Below the pieces are notes generated by a model. The model ran no database searches. It was not told the DNA's origin and saw only the letters and a list, made by a program, of their open reading frames with translations. From positions 36,173 through 76,557 of the forward strand of contig JBQLZK010000033.1 of NCBI GenBank assembly GCA_052168235.1: a DNA stretch of 40,385 nucleotides, given 5' to 3'. Positions 37,805 to 40,385 of the stretch are shown here, one piece after another. Position numbers and translations under genes: made by a program. Position 1 is the stretch's first letter. The number at the start of each line of letters is the position of its first letter. Origin of the DNA: Thainema sp. (GTDB lineage Bacteria > Cyanobacteriota > Cyanobacteriia > Phormidesmidales > Phormidesmidaceae).

Positions 37805-38642
37805 GTTTCCGTCCCCTCGCGGGGTAATGGAATTGAAACGCTCCTCAGGGTGCTCCTCAGGGTGCTCCTCAAGTTTCCGTCCCCTCGCGGGGTAATGGAA
37901 TTGAAACATTTCAGCAAATAAGCTTATTTAGCCTCTACAATTGTTGTTTCCGTCCCCTCGCGGGGTAATGGAATTGAAACGGTGACATCTATGACATTGC
38001 CGCTCCTGAAGGGGCTGAAGTTTCCGTCCCCTCGCGGGGTAATGGAATTGAAACTATTTTGGTATTAGCGTGACAAGTCTAGAGTCGGGTCAGTTTCCGT
38101 CCCCTCGCGGGGTAATGGAATTGAAACTTTCATCGCCTTAACCGCCCTAACTGTAATCCTTGCTTGTTTCCGTCCCCTCGCGGGGTAATGGAATTGAAAC
38201 GCGAATTGGCAGAATCATACTGCCAGCATTACAGTATTGGCGTGTTTCCGTCCCCTCGCGGGGTAATGGAATTGAAACCTGCAGGCATTAGCATGGCTGC
38301 TGCTCCAGCTCCAGGTTTCCGTCCCCTCGCGGGGTAATGGAATTGAAACAACCCACAAGACCAACGGTCGTATTTTCTACCAAAGTTTCCGTCCCCTCGC
38401 GGGGTAATGGAATTGAAACTGTTCTCGGTGTTCTTAGTGCTATTCTCAGCTTTCTGCTGGTTTCCGTCCCCTCGCGGGGTAATGGAATTGAAACAGTTAA
38501 TCGTTTTCGTTGGAACAATGCCGACCCTAATCCAGGTTTCCGTCCCCTCGCGGGGTAATGGAATTGAAACTAATAAATAGAATTTAAACCTTTTCTGTTT
38601 CGATATTGTTTCCGTCCCCTCGCGGGGTAATGGAATTGAAAC
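37805..38642 (-). CRISPR. CRISPR array 4: 12 repeats / 11 spacers; same 35-bp repeat as array 2
   Basis: Counted by hand; leader on the right. Confidence 0.98.
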
Positions 38643-38785
38643 CCCCTCGATCTGGAGCCTTTACTGCGTAAGGCTTTCAATACCCCAAATCTGAGGGGGT
38701 CAGAATCAAAAGCGAGTAATTGAGAATAGTGTCAACAAACCCCATTTGAGTGGGTCAAGCGCTCAACGCTAAAGTTTACAATCCT
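38643..38785 (-). promoter_or_regulatory. Internally deleted leader of array 4
   Basis: Aligns to both ends of leader 1 but lacks about 103 bp between two AACCCCA copies. Confidence 0.8.
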
Positions 38786-38889
38786 TTTAGCAATTTTACC
38801 GTTCTGCCTTCTGCCTTTAATTAAGCGATCTTAAGCAATCTCTCTTCCGCCACAGTGAACAACGCTAAAATTCTGATGCCTCATTTCTG

Positions 38890-39720
38890 GTGAAACCCGT
38901 GTCCATCGATTTGCTGCCTCACCTCGACATCACCTCCATCTGGCATCTCATCCTTGCCCAAGCCACCCCATCTCCCGCACCCACCACGCCACCAACTGCT
39001 GATGAAATTGAACTGCTCAAAAGCCAGCTAGAGTTCCTCAAAGAAGCTAATGGACGCCTCAGTGACAACTTTAGCCAGTTCATCAGTGCCATACAGGTTG
39101 TTTTCGTTCTGTTTGGTGTCGCAGGTGCGATCGCTGCTTATTTTTTAGGCCAAAACTTCAAGGAGTTCAAAGAGCTATCCAATAAAGCCGTACAAGAAGC
39201 TGTTAAGCGCGTTCGTCAGGATACCGAAGCCCAAATTGCAACATTAGTCCTGACCGAAGTGACCAATGTTGAGCGAACCCTGCGGCGAGAACGGGTCATC
39301 AGCTCCACACTGGTTGATTACTACCGTCCCGGCAGCGATCAGATAACAAAAGAGTTCTCCCTCCTACAAGCCCGTCGTTTCCAAAATGTACGCCTAATCA
39401 AAGAACTGGGCGACATCCGCACATCACCGGGGAATGTCGTTGTTTTGGATCTACAAAATTGGATCTTGTCATCTAGCCAAGCATTTATTGACTTACCAGA
39501 AGCAGACCGTGAGCTTAATGCAAAACAGCAAATTGACGGGCTGTTAAACGTTCTACCAACATCAGCCGTTGTAGTCGTTTACACCCGCATAACAATTAAG
39601 TATTTGTACAGCATTAGCAACCGATATGTTTTACCAGCTAATAATCCAGTAACGCTAGTAGGCAACGCCGTTGATGGAGCATACGTCGCATTTGGCGATC
39701 GACATATTCAACTGACTTAG
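38890..39720 (+). CDS. Membrane protein: TM helix, coiled coil and C-terminal alpha/beta domain (NARF/Cam2-like candidate)
   Basis: Hydrophobic FISAIQVVFVLFGVAGAIAAYFLG; C-terminal VVVLD...VVVVYT...PANNPVTL. The family call is from remembered motif resemblance and is tentative. Confidence 0.6.
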   Translation: MKPVSIDLLPHLDITSIWHLILAQATPSPAPTTPPTADEIELLKSQLEFLKEANGRLSDNFSQFISAIQVVFVLFGVAGAIAAYFLGQNFKEFKELSNKAVQEAVKRVRQDTEAQIATLVLTEVTNVERTLRRERVISSTLVDYYRPGSDQITKEFSLLQARRFQNVRLIKELGDIRTSPGNVVVLDLQNWILSSSQAFIDLPEADRELNAKQQIDGLLNVLPTSAVVVVYTRITIKYLYSISNRYVLPANNPVTLVGNAVDGAYVAFGDRHIQLT

Positions 39721-39781
39721 ACCAACCAATTCAATCTAAGATACAACATCTGTATAGGCCACCATTGAGGAGATGAGGTGA

Positions 39782-39876
39782 ATGTCCGTCACCGCAAAGC
39801 GAGCAGACCGAGTCGTCTTATATAACATTAGCTGGCAACAGTTCAAAAAACTGCTCAACAACTTAGGCGACTACCG
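39782..39876 (+). pseudogene. N-terminal fragment of a Uma2-family gene
   Basis: MSVTAKRADRVVLYNISWQQFKKLLNNLGDYR matches Uma2 N-termini, with a GAGGTG RBS; similarity is lost afterwards. Confidence 0.6.
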
Positions 39877-39897
39877 TTTTTTCAAAAAAGAAAAATA

Positions 39898-40335
39898 TCA
39901 AGACCACTCTACGGGTGTATCGTTTGCAAGATCAAGACCTTCTGCTTTTCTCCAAGCGGTATACATGTCGTGTTTTATACCCTTCAAACTAGATTTAGCA
40001 AATTTCGCGCCTTGAAGATTAGCACCTTGAAGATCTGCACCACCAAGATATGCACTTTCAAAGATTGCATAACTTAGGTCAGCATTTTGAAGACAAACAC
40101 TATCAAGAATAGCATTAGTAAAAATTGCATGACGGAGGTTAGCGCCTTTAAAGTCCGCTCCTGTAAGGTCGACTTCTTCAAAGTTAACTTTTTCTAAGTT
40201 AGCGCCGCTAAAATCTGTCCCTTCAAAGTTATAAGCTGCATCAATTTCAGGATTTTCTTCATCAATACCAAATCTTGCCTCTTGCAAGTCAGCTTTTCTA
40301 AAGCTAGTATTACCTAGATTAGAACCACTTAGAAC
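39898..40335 (-). pseudogene. Pentapeptide-repeat protein, 5'-truncated
   Basis: A(D/N)LxG repeats continue upstream of the track start (VLSGSNLGNTSFRKADL) up to an in-frame TAG at 40338-40336, with no credible start. Confidence 0.65.
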
Positions 40336-40385
40336 CTATCCGAAAACTGATGTTGTTCGGGAGATGAGTGCCTAAGGTGAAGGTG
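40332..40385. mobile_element. Possible IS terminus at the window edge
   Basis: Abrupt break of the pentapeptide frame at TTA|GAACCTATCCGAAAACT, resembling IS5-type ends; no transposase visible. Confidence 0.25.

Noticed and set aside
20394..38642. Many short ORFs inside the arrays (FPSPCGVMG, FQPITPQGDGN, VSVPLRGDGLE)
   Set aside because: They are translations of CRISPR repeats and spacers.

Overview
Cyanobacterial DNA (many GCGATCGC HIP1 sites), very likely from a mobilisable plasmid or integrated element. It has three blocks. (1) 1-13718 is a co-oriented minus-strand cluster: CHAT-TIR-AAA_35, AAA_35-TM-coiled coil-16xWD40, a Trypco1-like protein, a GH24 lysozyme, an M15 peptidase, a C14 caspase-like protease, a stand-alone CHAT protease, and an Ig-like/HEAT-repeat gene missing from the ORF track. 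Together these look like an NLR-like sensor, a protease cascade and cell-wall hydrolases. (2) 13836-19099 is a ParM-like partition pair, an oriT with an F-like nic site, an RHH protein and a MOBF relaxase-helicase. (3) 19140-39720 is a type III-associated CRISPR island: cas6 with an HTH tail, four minus-strand arrays (19, 23, 38 and 12 repeats) sharing one processing hairpin, an RT-cas1/cas2 operon continuing into two Avd-like four-helix-bundle genes and a DUF2325-like gene, a second cas2 with a 5'-truncated cas1, an MNT-HEPN pair, an apparently split STAND ATPase/TPR pair, a Uma2 nuclease and a candidate membrane effector. No cas10/csm/cmr/cas3 interference genes are in the window. All family assignments come from motif recognition by eye, not database searches.
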